A DNA stretch of 64,000 bases from a virus. Lineage: Duplodnaviria > Caudoviricetes. The position numbers were made by a program, and so were the translations under genes. Positions 54,311 through 64,000 of this stretch are shown here, piece by piece. The notes under the pieces were generated by a model. That model was not told the origin of the DNA and made no database searches. It saw only the letters and a program-made list of their open reading frames with translations. The DNA is taken from the IMG/VR virus record IMGVR_UViG_3300035182_001152; one strand, 5' to 3'. Position 1 is the first letter of the stretch, and each line of letters begins with the position of its first letter.

Positions 54311-54604
54311 ATGGCAGGCATTGCACGGGTGGGAGATGGAATCTCCTGCGACCCAACCAACAACGTGATCGCTAGCGGCAGCCCTAACGTATTCGTCAAC
54401 GGCAAGGCTGCTGCACGCAAGGGGGATCCGACAACCGCTCATCCGCACGGATCCGCCGCCACAATTCTTGGCGGCAACAGCAAGCATGTGTACATTAACG
54501 GAATTGAAGCTGCGATCATTGGTGATCTTGATAGCCCACACGGGAGCGGATCTCATGTAAACGCTGTGATTGTTGGTGGATCATCTGACGTTAAAATTGG
54601 TTGA
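54311..54604 (+). CDS. PAAR-repeat spike-tip protein
   Basis: ARVGD, GSPNVFVNGKAAARKGD, V.INGIEAA..GD. Confidence 0.92.
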   Translation: MAGIARVGDGISCDPTNNVIASGSPNVFVNGKAAARKGDPTTAHPHGSAATILGGNSKHVYINGIEAAIIGDLDSPHGSGSHVNAVIVGGSSDVKIG

Positions 54605-54693
54605 TGGGGACCGGAGAAACACAGATAGGTCACTGCTAAAACTCTGTTGGTAAATATCTTTTACGGTACAACTACTCATAGGAGATAACCAAC

Positions 54694-55077
54694 ATGGCAG
54701 CAGCAGTTTCTTACAAAGTTCAAAAGGCACCGAATTCACTCCCTCACATTGAGTGGATCGAGTTGCATAACGATGGCATTCTTCACGAATGCGCAATCAT
54801 GAAGCGTGACGCTTCAGGTAACGTTCTGTTCTTCAAGACGAACGATTTGGACGAAATTGACAAGAAGCGACTCGCCGGCATCCTGATGGATCGTAACGCT
54901 CGCACGTTCGAACTGTGGGATCTAATGGCAAACAAGACACTCGGCAACGGCGTAAACGCTCTTACCTACTTCAACCAGCTTGTTCGTCAGATGACGCCTA
55001 ACGGCCGTATTCTTGACCCACGCGCCGGTCAGATGGGCACGGGCGCAGCTGGTACAGTCAATACCAACACGCAATAA
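54694..55077 (+). CDS. Hypothetical late protein
   Basis: AGGAG RBS; GTAAATA motif upstream. Confidence 0.75.
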   Translation: MAAAVSYKVQKAPNSLPHIEWIELHNDGILHECAIMKRDASGNVLFFKTNDLDEIDKKRLAGILMDRNARTFELWDLMANKTLGNGVNALTYFNQLVRQMTPNGRILDPRAGQMGTGAAGTVNTNTQ

Positions 55078-55098
55078 TCAGGCAACTGATTTGCAAAC

Positions 55099-55126
55099 AA
55101 AAATAGCCGCTTAAGCGGCTATTTTT
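55099..55126. terminator. Bidirectional intrinsic terminator
   Basis: AAAAATAGCCGC-TTAA-GCGGCTATTTTT between convergent genes. Confidence 0.88.
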
Positions 55127-55143
55127 TCGTCCGTTGTACTTGG

Positions 55144-56355
55144 TTACGACGTGATTGTGCGAGCAACAGAGATCGTAATCGTGTATGTGATTGCGAGCGT
55201 ACGGTTGGCCGTCTTCAGCACGGGCGAGAAGATCAGGTGAGATAGCAGACGCTCACGTTGAGCAGACGGATTGGTGGGCGAGTTTTGCAAGCCCGCAACC
55301 GTACCCTGAACTGGTGCCAATAGTTGTGCTCCTGACGGTGGGTTTAGCTGTGTCAAGAACGTTGACGTGGCAGACCCAGACAAGTTAACAGCTGAGATAG
55401 CTCCCGAAGAAGGGCTCTGAACCTGCAGGTAGCCAGATGTTTGAGCGCCCGTGATCGACGGGAACGTACCGCCCGTTAAATCAGTAATCAGGAATGTCGC
55501 TGCAGGAGCACCCGGTAGAATTGTCCAAGCGACGTCATTCGTGTTCAGGGCTTGGCATAGATCACCGTACAAAATTTCGCTGCTAGCACCCGAACCGCCA
55601 CTAGAAGGTGTTGTGAACGTGATTGTCTGCAGCGATCCGCCGTCAATCGTGATATTGAAAGAGTACGTGTGACCGGGCAGCAACCCAGTATCATCTGTTG
55701 ACGTCTTCGAAACTGTACCGAAGGCGATCTGGTGATAACCTGAGGTGTTAATCGCGCTTGCACCCATCGTGTACAAGCCGATTTCGTCGAATACAAAGTC
55801 CGATTCTGTGCTAACGACAACACCGTCGTTAATGAATTGGCCGCGTGGTTCATTGCCATTCAATGTGCACGAGATGATCACTTCCGATGTTAGTCCTAGT
55901 TCGTTTGAACGGACGCCAGGACCAGACACGTGCAAAACGGAGACGGGATCGCTTGAAGGAACGGCGCCACCGCCAGCTCGTACGCCAGTATTGCCGTCAG
56001 CAGAACCTGGATCCGTGCCAAGCAGAGGATTCAGCGCTGTCTGACCCGCATCGACGATTTCTGAGTACGTTTCATTGTAAATGCGACTGTCCCACGTAGC
56101 AATGTCGGGTGACTGGCCATCATTTGGCGTCTTGTATGTTACCGTGAACGCAGCATCAACAAGAGTACCACCGTTACCGAATGCCATGCGGTAGATCTGC
56201 GACTGCGCTTCGTTCGCAAGAGCACGAGCGATGATACGCGCCATGTTCTGAGGATGAATTGCGTTATCCTTGTCGAGTAGGACGTTACCAAGATCGTCGA
56301 CGATCTTGCAGTGGCCCTTGACGTGGATGGGCAAATTTACATTGTTTGTTGACAT
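55144..56355 (-). CDS. Tail/baseplate structural protein
   Basis: G...I....G.V..DK.N, MAFGNGG, FDEIGLY, K..NR...I.Y.I patterns typical of baseplate/tail-fibre anchor proteins. Confidence 0.7.
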   Translation of the reverse strand: MSTNNVNLPIHVKGHCKIVDDLGNVLLDKDNAIHPQNMARIIARALANEAQSQIYRMAFGNGGTLVDAAFTVTYKTPNDGQSPDIATWDSRIYNETYSEIVDAGQTALNPLLGTDPGSADGNTGVRAGGGAVPSSDPVSVLHVSGPGVRSNELGLTSEVIISCTLNGNEPRGQFINDGVVVSTESDFVFDEIGLYTMGASAINTSGYHQIAFGTVSKTSTDDTGLLPGHTYSFNITIDGGSLQTITFTTPSSGGSGASSEILYGDLCQALNTNDVAWTILPGAPAATFLITDLTGGTFPSITGAQTSGYLQVQSPSSGAISAVNLSGSATSTFLTQLNPPSGAQLLAPVQGTVAGLQNSPTNPSAQRERLLSHLIFSPVLKTANRTLAITYTITISVARTITS

Positions 56356-56382
56356 TAAATGTTCTCCTTGATCGGATATTTA

Positions 56383-56610
56383 TCAGTCCATCCGACGCAC
56401 GGAAGTCGTCAACTGTTTGATGGCATTGTTAAGGGCTACAGGCTCTACAGAGGCTTTGCCGAGATCGTACGCACGAATTAGTTCTTCACGAACTTGCTCA
56501 AACACAAACGTGCCTTTTTGTCCTTGTTTCTCGATCCTCAGCATCTGGCAACCACTTAGCTTCAGGTAAGAAGCCAAGACGATGTCGGATGTTCTATATT
56601 CGGATTGCAT
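56383..56610 (-). CDS. Small protein (DUF5659-like)
   Basis: YRTSDIVLASYL...G.....K....F.F pattern; GAGG RBS. Confidence 0.6.
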   Translation of the reverse strand: MQSEYRTSDIVLASYLKLSGCQMLRIEKQGQKGTFVFEQVREELIRAYDLGKASVEPVALNNAIKQLTTSVRRMD

Positions 56611-56635
56611 GTGTATTCCTCTTATATGCGTTTGG

Positions 56636-58651
56636 TTATGTGTTGACAGCCTCAATGCGGCTGAGTTTGAATTGTGTTGGATCTCCAGCTGGCACACCAA
56701 AATTGAAACCTGTGAACGTCAATGGCGGGTATGTCAATACTGCGGAGGTATATACAAGCACTCCGTTGATGTAACCCTTGATCTGGTTACCAGATACTAC
56801 TTCCAGGCGAACAGTAATCATGTTGTTGACAGCCACACCAGAGGATAGCGTGTGTGTTGTTCCGCCTGTTTCAGCACCGTCGTTGATCTGGACCATGATC
56901 TGATTGGTTGTCAGATTCGGATAGATGTCGACGTATGGGCCAAAGAAGTCGATTACATTTGTTTCTTTGGCGAAGAAGCGGAAGTACGGATCACCAGTAG
57001 CGGGAGCGGACTTGACGTACACGTCAACCTCTGTGTAGAAGTTGCCGTTGCTTGGGGCGGCCCAACTAGAGCGAGCCCAGATGTTCGTATCCGCTGTCGT
57101 AACAAAGCCGTCGCCTGTCAAAATCAGTTCACTCAGATCGTCAACCACCTGGAAGATGCTCCACGTGTGGCCACTATCAACGGTGTGGGTAGAAAGGTCG
57201 CCGGTTCCCGAGAAAGTGTCCAACAGATAGGCCTGTGCACCAGGGCCGAACACAAACTGAATCTGTTCATGAAAGAATGCAGCGGTGTACAAATCAGGAG
57301 CAGACGCTACTGCGCAGTATGCATCACCATACGAACCGGCATACACCATTGCACCGTCGGTTGACTGACCAACGGGCGTTGTTTGCTTGACGTTTTCCAA
57401 TGTTGTCAAGCGGAAGTTTGCACCCTCAGCTTGAATCGAATTTACTGTGTACGATCCGTCGTTAATACCAAGGTAAGAGCCTGTCACAATCACAGCATCA
57501 CCAGGGACAAATGGTTCCGTGCGGAACACTGCCAATTGACCAGTGCCCAGTGACGTAATGTCAACAATATCCGTGTAAGTTTGCGGATAGCGAGTGGCGG
57601 CCAAGTTAAACACACCAAACTTCGTCGATGGGTTGAAGTAATACGTGTCCACGCCATTGATGGGTGCAGGATATCCGCCTGCGTCTGTCAGCTTGATGGC
57701 TGCGCCGGCCGGCCAATATGGAACGTTATCCGCACTAAGGGGAACGTTTAAGCGCCCATTGCCTTGGACGAGCAGGGAGATTGGCTCAACCAACGTGACT
57801 GTAGACTGCGTTTGTGGGCCGTTTACTGTTACATTCGCGACAGTAAACTTACCATTTGCCGTCGTATCACCGTTACCGTTAACGTACACATAATCACCGG
57901 GTGCTACTGTAACAGTACCTGAGACCAGATTGCCGGTAACAACGATCTGCTTCATTGTGCCTGTCGCCGCAATGATCTGAAACGGTGTAGCCATTACCAA
58001 TTGATTCGTTGTTAAAGCATCAACAACGCAATCGATCGGCGTGCCAGGCGATTGGTTAACGAGGAATGAATTGACTTTCAAGCCGACAGGCTGAACACGC
58101 AGTTGGCCAGTACCCGCACTTGTAAAGCCAATTGGTGATCCACCTGACGTTGCAGATACGTAAATCACATTACCAATGACTGTGACAACATAGTATTGCA
58201 CGCCTGGTAGAATCGTCGTTGTTGCGGTTGGGAACGTTCCATCAGTGGTAAACGTCACCCTGTCACCAACCGTGAACGTGAAGCCGCTAGCGTCTGGTGT
58301 TAGTGTAATCTGAACGGCACCAGTACCAGCAACGGAAGCCAGTAAGTTGATCGGTCCTTGTGCGCTAACAATCGTTGCTTGAGGCAAATCACCACTGTCC
58401 GCCTCACTGTACGGATTCCAAACGAAGCCAAAACCGCACGAATACGTTACAGGAGCATCACCATTGGGACCCGTCATGCCAACGTCTAGGAACATTTTAT
58501 CCGTAACGCCTGCTTTCAGAGCTTCTGAGTACACATACTCAACAAAAACATCAAGCACCTTCGAGTGGTATGGTTTGACCTCTTGGATATACTCCAAGAG
58601 GCCTTCCGTTGGATCGACACGAAACAGTGCAGAAGAAAGTGTGTTAGCCAT
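56636..58651 (-). CDS. Virion structural protein (beta-repeat, tail-associated)
   Basis: Thr/Gly/Val-rich with repeated V.F...P......YYV and G.....NG..TV units; VKPYHSK motif. Confidence 0.75.
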   Translation of the reverse strand: MANTLSSALFRVDPTEGLLEYIQEVKPYHSKVLDVFVEYVYSEALKAGVTDKMFLDVGMTGPNGDAPVTYSCGFGFVWNPYSEADSGDLPQATIVSAQGPINLLASVAGTGAVQITLTPDASGFTFTVGDRVTFTTDGTFPTATTTILPGVQYYVVTVIGNVIYVSATSGGSPIGFTSAGTGQLRVQPVGLKVNSFLVNQSPGTPIDCVVDALTTNQLVMATPFQIIAATGTMKQIVVTGNLVSGTVTVAPGDYVYVNGNGDTTANGKFTVANVTVNGPQTQSTVTLVEPISLLVQGNGRLNVPLSADNVPYWPAGAAIKLTDAGGYPAPINGVDTYYFNPSTKFGVFNLAATRYPQTYTDIVDITSLGTGQLAVFRTEPFVPGDAVIVTGSYLGINDGSYTVNSIQAEGANFRLTTLENVKQTTPVGQSTDGAMVYAGSYGDAYCAVASAPDLYTAAFFHEQIQFVFGPGAQAYLLDTFSGTGDLSTHTVDSGHTWSIFQVVDDLSELILTGDGFVTTADTNIWARSSWAAPSNGNFYTEVDVYVKSAPATGDPYFRFFAKETNVIDFFGPYVDIYPNLTTNQIMVQINDGAETGGTTHTLSSGVAVNNMITVRLEVVSGNQIKGYINGVLVYTSAVLTYPPLTFTGFNFGVPAGDPTQFKLSRIEAVNT

Positions 58652-59372
58652 TCAGGGTTTCCAATTCTTTAGTAAACGGTTCAACCATCGCCAATGGAAA
58701 ACATTCTGTCCACCCTGCAAACTGACGGGACGTAAGTCCAACAGTACGATATCGTTGCCCCTTATACTTATGAAGTAGTGCCTGTTCTAGTCGGTATGCT
58801 TCTCCAAGGGTTGTTGATACGGAAATGATAGTTTTGACCTTGCTTGTTCCAAATCGTTGACTGACTCTCTGTTTAGTTATGCCAATCTTGCAAAACCGAT
58901 CGTCAACGGTAACCAAATACAATAGTGCATGGTGATTCTGTTCATCTGGATTCTCTGTAAAATACGAATCTGAATACTTGCCACGCACGTACATAGAGCA
59001 TTTCATGCACCCAGCACCATTCAAGTGGTCAGCCGGCCGCTGTAGGAACGTTCCATGATCATAACACTTAATCGCGACCTTCTTATTCATACTGATGAGC
59101 GTTGTTGAGTCATAGCAGTATGTGGAGCCGTGTACTTGTCGAGCTCTAGCGATGAACTCTTGCGTGGTTACCTTACCCGTCCCACCGCATTTGGGACAGC
59201 CATACTTGTGCATATGGTCTTTAGGTGTCTGCATGAATGATCCATGACTAGGGCACGTAATCTCAACTTTTGTTGTTACGTTTACAAACTCTACTTTTTC
59301 ATATGTGTATTGACCGCCATGCTTTTGCATGGCACGGTCAATAAACGTCTGTTGTGATAATTTTGCTGGCAT
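58644..59372 (-). CDS. Homing endonuclease (DUF723-like zinc-ribbon repeats plus a GIY-YIG-like domain)
   Basis: Two repeats of Y.Y......KV.I.C..HG.F.Q....H..G.GC.KC; C-terminal LYLV...KIGIT...RF...E...WTE.F. Confidence 0.85.
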   Translation of the reverse strand: MPAKLSQQTFIDRAMQKHGGQYTYEKVEFVNVTTKVEITCPSHGSFMQTPKDHMHKYGCPKCGGTGKVTTQEFIARARQVHGSTYCYDSTTLISMNKKVAIKCYDHGTFLQRPADHLNGAGCMKCSMYVRGKYSDSYFTENPDEQNHHALLYLVTVDDRFCKIGITKQRVSQRFGTSKVKTIISVSTTLGEAYRLEQALLHKYKGQRYRTVGLTSRQFAGWTECFPLAMVEPFTKELETLNG

Positions 59373-59398
59373 AAAATAGCTCCTTTGATCTATTTATG
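59370..59398 (-). promoter_or_regulatory. Start-sequestering hairpin overlapping a late promoter
   Basis: Minus strand CATAAATAG-ATC-AAAG-GAG-CTATTTTATG: the promoter arm pairs with the arm carrying the ATG, and the SD (AGGAG) spans loop and stem. Confidence 0.7.
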
Positions 59399-59409
59399 AC
59401 ACAGGAGGG

Positions 59410-62400
59410 TCAGTCGTCGAAAAGACCCCCAACCTCAAGCACGCGAATACCGTGCAGGGCGATCCAGGACGTCTTCAGTAGTTCCTTGTATTTAGCGCGA
59501 GTGGATAGGGCGTCAGATAACGCTTCGAACCAAATTGCGTTGACGTGCAAGGCGTTGAACGTTGTGTAAATCGTATCCATCGCTACTGCAATATTCGCAG
59601 GAGTATCAAACGAATGTGTCGCGAAGAAAGCATCGATATCCGTTGGAGAGAAGTCATTCAGCGGATTGGTCAAGTACGCAAGTACTGTCGCAAGGCCAAG
59701 CTGTTTATCAACGAATGCTTGATCAATTCCAAGACCGAAGCGAGTGTCCGTGCCTAGTGCAGCATCGTACAGCTCGCGCTCAAGCGAAGGTACGCGGATA
59801 GACGAATCGGTTAGCTTGTAGCCGATTAGAGATTCAACCAAACGATCCCACAGAACACGAGCAATCGTGCTCGTTTGATCACGACGGAACATCAACCACT
59901 CCTGGTGCTTGTTCTTCAGATTCATCTGCTTGCCGTTGGCAGCAGGATCATCGCGAAGAGCCCAGTCGCGGGTGAAACGAACGAAGTAACGGTTGTCGTC
60001 GTTGATGTAGCTTGCAACCTTACGAATGATTGCTTCACGATACAGCACCGGCACTTGGTAGTCCGCCTCTGTCAGAATGCCGAGACTAAAGATTGATCCG
60101 TACTCAATCATGCCATAACCGTACTTCTCCATCAGGTATGGGTCGTCCTTAGGACGCTGAACGATGAAGTAAGGAGTTGGAATTGCAACCAGCTGCTGTG
60201 CTACCTCGAATGCTGATAGGCTGCTCGAATCCGTTACGTCACGTGTGGTCGACCCTTCTACCCAGAAGTAGTAGTTTGTCACTGTTGTGGCACCAGTATT
60301 AGCACCACCATACGTGAACGTCGTTGTTGAGTATTCGTAATCAGACTTCCACTGGATCATCTGCGTGCCGTCGTCAACCACGTCTGGGTTAAACGCAGCT
60401 TCAGCAGTCGTGATTGTGTGGACTGGACGGATAATGTCAATAATGTCGTACTCATTCAGCACAACCGGGTTAGCAGCTGTGACGTAGAACTGTGAACCAT
60501 CCTGCGTAATTGGCAGGCCGGTCTCAACGAGCACACCGTTGACATACACATCAACTGTGTCAGCACCAGTACCCGTCAGCACCCAAGCACTTGGATTGGA
60601 CGGTGTCCAAACGTAACGTTGCAGACCCGTTGCCGTCGACACATTATACGGCCACGTAATCGTAGCAGTGACACTTGCCGTTGCACGCAAAGAAGCAACC
60701 ATGAGAGGTGCTAGAACACGGTCGCGCAACATCGACTGGGAGACCCAATCAGTAGCAACGAAGCCTGGAACAACCATAACGCTGGCGCCGGCTGTGGTAA
60801 TTACCACAGGTTCCTCAGTCGATGGGTCCAGTAACGTGAACGTTGTTCCAGTATTAGCAACAACATACGGTACACCTGAGTCAATTCCAACAGGTAGGGT
60901 AGCTGCAGTGAACAACACACGATCACCTTGTGTGAACGATACTGACGTTGTGACTTCGTTAGTGGTGGTGTTAATCGTTGCAGCGTGTGACGTACGTACA
61001 CGCTTGAACACGTTCTTACGAGGTGTTCCGGTTGCTTTGTTGTTCTGAGCGATCAACGAGTTTGTCGATTGAGATGTAACCAGTGCGTCCCACTGGGATG
61101 GTGGCACTGAAGACTTGACCCACTCATACACCTTAACGTCAGCCCACGGTGCCAGCTTACCCCAGTTGTACAGGCGTGCGTTGACGTCTGGGAACACCTT
61201 GTCATCGTAGTATGGCAGATAGCCAAGTGCAGCCGTATCTAGCCACACCGTGCCGACTTCTTGTTGGTTCCAGAAGTTCAGCGATGCGTTTGTTGGGTTT
61301 GCAGTGAATTCGTAGCGAGCTGGGTCACCAGCGTGCTGCAGATCAACGTTGTGGATTGCAACGTGTGAATGACTGCCGCGTGCCGGATCCCAAATCGGAA
61401 TCTGCTGAACTACTGTATTCGCAACGTTGTCAATCAATTTAGCCGGGCTTAGCTTTGTCTTGGCGGGGTTTAATGCGAAGATTATCAGCACGTCTTGGAA
61501 GCCGAGCTTGTTGAAGCGAATGATCTCAGAGTCAACCTTCGTCACTTCCTTAACACCCGACCCAGCGTCATAGAACTCCGTCACGTAGTTACCGAAGTCT
61601 TCCGTCGTCACGAAGCCGAGCGGCGCGGTTGTTGAAGGTACAGACACAACAGTGATTGTTGTGTTTGTGCCATCGTACACGACAGCTGTTGGGTAGTACG
61701 AACCATTGTTCGAATCAGATTGTGTGATTGCAAAGGGGACACCCACTTGCACGTTGTTGGTTTCGTTGCCTGCAAGCACGATGGTTGTACTTGTAGCGCT
61801 GACGATCGGCGTATCCGTCTTCGCTAGAATGCGGTGCAACACGCGGACATCGTCACAAGGCTGATCCAACTTGAAATACACACAGTCAGTCGCAGCCAAG
61901 CCGTCAACTAGCACCGGTTGAACCGTAACTCGCGCTGATTGATCAACCGTCCACAGCCCCGTAGTTGAATTATAACCAAACAACTGGTTCGTTGTTGGGT
62001 TGAACCAGAACGTAATCGTCCTTTCAGCGCCAGGAGGGGGTGGGTTTACACCAGAGTGAATCAGCGTCATTGAAGAGACGCTTGCATCCAGGAACAGTGG
62101 TGAACCAATTTCCGCCTTTTGCTCTGGGAAGTTGTTCCAACGTGTTCCGTCGTTCCACGAAACAGGCTGGAAGCCCTTGTTGACGGCAGCAACAACGTCG
62201 TCATCCGTTGGTAGTTCAGACGTAGCCAAGAACTCCAGACGGACGTCGTCCAGCGCACCGTCCGTTGAAAACATGTTGATCTCTGGATACACACGTGGGC
62301 GGGAGTCGCCATATTCAGCAATCTTGTACGCCCAGAATTCATCCATCTGCGCGTCGATGAAGCGACGAGAGTTGATGTATGCCTTGACGCTGTTGACGGA

Positions 62401-64000
62401 GCCCTTTGTTTGAATCATGCCACGGTAGAACAAAAACTGTGACTTGCTGTTAATGTTCAAGAAGTCAAGGAAGGACGACTTGCCCGTGTATCCTAGTAGG
62501 GCGCGGGACCGGCGTGCGAACTCTGATGTTTCAGACAGCTCCATCGTATCGTAGAAGTTGCGGATATCTCCCGTGGAACCTTCAATGTTACGATTGAATT
62601 GTTGATCGAGCAGGTAGTATCCACCCAACGTTGGACGAAGGGTGTAGTCAGCCTTCTCAAAGTAATCAACGTCGAACTTCTGCGACTGCAACCCGAGGAA
62701 CGGATCGTAAATCAGTGAGCCATCAACGGTGTAATCATTGAAGATCAAGAAGTGTTCGTAGCCTTCCACGAACAAGTGAGCGCCACCAACGTGGATGTAG
62801 TTGTATGGATCATCCACGTAGATCGGATCTACGTCATTCGTAATCGCAGGACGGATAGCAATTTGGCTCCGCTTGTCTTGACGGTACACAGTAATTTTAT
62901 CGGCGTTCAACGGACGGGCATATTGGTCATAGATCGTCTGTTGGATGCGAATATCACTGTATGGACCTTCAATCACATTCGACAGCACGCCAAGCGGTGT
63001 GTCAATCCAAGCACCGTTCCGCTGTGGGTTCATTTCAAAACGTGGGTATGCGCGATTCTTGTTGTACAGACCGACCATCACCTGACCGGATCCCGCAGTC
63101 GACAGCGTAACAAACGACGATGAGTCGTTTGGATTGGCACTAATTGACAAGCGGAACACACCCGTTGACACATTGACAATGTAGTATGGAGTGTTGCCGA
63201 TCAGTGGTGCAGGTAAGTCGCCTGACGACGACACAGTCACAACCGTACCGCTCAACCACTGAGGAACAGCGGCGCCGAACGTCAACAGGCTGGTCGTTGG
63301 GTTAGCTGTGACGGGGAACGTGTCGGAGATTGTGATTCGCGATTGACGCAGACCATACGCCCAGTTAATGAACCGCTCCGTCTCAACTGACCAGTCAGCG
63401 ATGCGGCCGGTTTCAGGATCGAAGTCGCGAGCATCCGCAACACCTTGGAGAATTCCCTGGTCAGCCTGGTACGCAGCATAGCCATCAAACAAGTTGATCA
63501 GCGATTGCATACCCAACACCGTGTATGGTGGTGAGAATTTCTGAACGTCTGTCCGATCGACAACGTAGTGGAACCACAGATCCTGTGTATTGCCATTGCC
63601 ACCGTACACATAGAACGACGTATCAACCTGAGAGATCGTCAAGTTGCCTTCACCCGCAGACGTTAGATCGATTGCATTACCGAGGATTGCGTCGTTTGGT
63701 GTTGCGGCGAGCTTGAACGTGTTACCTGTGATGCGGATCACGTAGTATGGCGTGTTGGGCAGTAGTGGTGCTGGTAGGAACTTCGCGGAACCAATCACCA
63801 CCATATCGCCTGTTTGCCAAGGCAGAGACTTAGCAACGTTAACAGTACCATCGGCAGCAGACGTAGCAATCGCCTGCTGCACGTTAATGCGGGTTCGGTT
63901 CGTCGTAGTTTCAAACACGGACGATGTCACGGTATACGTGCCGTTGTTGGTCGATGAACCAACAACGGTCAATGTTGAACCTGCTGTGAACGTTGACGTG
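59410..64000 (-). CDS. Large baseplate wedge-like structural protein (5' end outside the window, >1520 aa)
   Basis: Frame open to the window edge; Thr/Val-rich repeats (V.F....LP.PL..NTPYY); FYRG.I..KG and E.WA.K..EYG motifs. Confidence 0.75.
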   Translation of the reverse strand, partial: TSTFTAGSTLTVVGSSTNNGTYTVTSSVFETTTNRTRINVQQAIATSAADGTVNVAKSLPWQTGDMVVIGSAKFLPAPLLPNTPYYVIRITGNTFKLAATPNDAILGNAIDLTSAGEGNLTISQVDTSFYVYGGNGNTQDLWFHYVVDRTDVQKFSPPYTVLGMQSLINLFDGYAAYQADQGILQGVADARDFDPETGRIADWSVETERFINWAYGLRQSRITISDTFPVTANPTTSLLTFGAAVPQWLSGTVVTVSSSGDLPAPLIGNTPYYIVNVSTGVFRLSISANPNDSSSFVTLSTAGSGQVMVGLYNKNRAYPRFEMNPQRNGAWIDTPLGVLSNVIEGPYSDIRIQQTIYDQYARPLNADKITVYRQDKRSQIAIRPAITNDVDPIYVDDPYNYIHVGGAHLFVEGYEHFLIFNDYTVDGSLIYDPFLGLQSQKFDVDYFEKADYTLRPTLGGYYLLDQQFNRNIEGSTGDIRNFYDTMELSETSEFARRSRALLGYTGKSSFLDFLNINSKSQFLFYRGMIQTKGSVNSVKAYINSRRFIDAQMDEFWAYKIAEYGDSRPRVYPEINMFSTDGALDDVRLEFLATSELPTDDDVVAAVNKGFQPVSWNDGTRWNNFPEQKAEIGSPLFLDASVSSMTLIHSGVNPPPPGAERTITFWFNPTTNQLFGYNSTTGLWTVDQSARVTVQPVLVDGLAATDCVYFKLDQPCDDVRVLHRILAKTDTPIVSATSTTIVLAGNETNNVQVGVPFAITQSDSNNGSYYPTAVVYDGTNTTITVVSVPSTTAPLGFVTTEDFGNYVTEFYDAGSGVKEVTKVDSEIIRFNKLGFQDVLIIFALNPAKTKLSPAKLIDNVANTVVQQIPIWDPARGSHSHVAIHNVDLQHAGDPARYEFTANPTNASLNFWNQQEVGTVWLDTAALGYLPYYDDKVFPDVNARLYNWGKLAPWADVKVYEWVKSSVPPSQWDALVTSQSTNSLIAQNNKATGTPRKNVFKRVRTSHAATINTTTNEVTTSVSFTQGDRVLFTAATLPVGIDSGVPYVVANTGTTFTLLDPSTEEPVVITTAGASVMVVPGFVATDWVSQSMLRDRVLAPLMVASLRATASVTATITWPYNVSTATGLQRYVWTPSNPSAWVLTGTGADTVDVYVNGVLVETGLPITQDGSQFYVTAANPVVLNEYDIIDIIRPVHTITTAEAAFNPDVVDDGTQMIQWKSDYEYSTTTFTYGGANTGATTVTNYYFWVEGSTTRDVTDSSSLSAFEVAQQLVAIPTPYFIVQRPKDDPYLMEKYGYGMIEYGSIFSLGILTEADYQVPVLYREAIIRKVASYINDDNRYFVRFTRDWALRDDPAANGKQMNLKNKHQEWLMFRRDQTSTIARVLWDRLVESLIGYKLTDSSIRVPSLERELYDAALGTDTRFGLGIDQAFVDKQLGLATVLAYLTNPLNDFSPTDIDAFFATHSFDTPANIAVAMDTIYTTFNALHVNAIWFEALSDALSTRAKYKELLKTSWIALHGIRVLEVGGLFDD

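Noticed and set aside
1-64000. Stop-codon reassignment
   Set aside because: Conserved genes read full length in the standard code without internal TAG or TGA breaks.

Overview
A 64 kb segment of a large lytic dsDNA phage genome, probably a T4-related jumbo myovirus. The host is most plausibly a beta- or gammaproteobacterium; this is inferred from the Prs sequence and tmRNA tag style. Genes are densely packed and read in the standard code. Replication genes: PolB, DnaB-like helicase, primase, NAD-dependent ligase, two-subunit type II topoisomerase, RNase H/5'-3' exonuclease, probable clamp and DsbA-like protein. Nucleotide and cofactor genes: nrdA/nrdB, thyA, DHFR, Prs, MazG-like protein, HAD nucleotidase and a CoaE'-CoaD fusion. 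Also present are a PrkA(YeaG)-YeaH-SpoVR operon with PhoH, translation-rescue functions (Thg1, PTH2-like hydrolase, permuted tmRNA, ClpP-like protease), an Acb1-like anti-CBASS enzyme, three peptidoglycan enzymes and the start of a baseplate/tail module. T4-type late promoter motifs (nTAAATA) recur throughout. Most notable observations: (1) a 270-aa HNH-type endonuclease sits in frame inside thymidylate synthase with no intein or intron signature; (2) a circularly permuted two-piece tmRNA with tag ANVNMQFALAL lies between a LAGLIDADG endonuclease and a ClpP gene; (3) the ligase BRCT domain is duplicated around an endonuclease, suggesting 3'-end replacement; (4) start codons of free-standing endonucleases are sequestered in hairpins that overlap late promoters; (5) a hairpin-rich non-coding stretch at the left edge is a candidate structured ncRNA. 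All family assignments come from motif recognition by eye; no database search was run.
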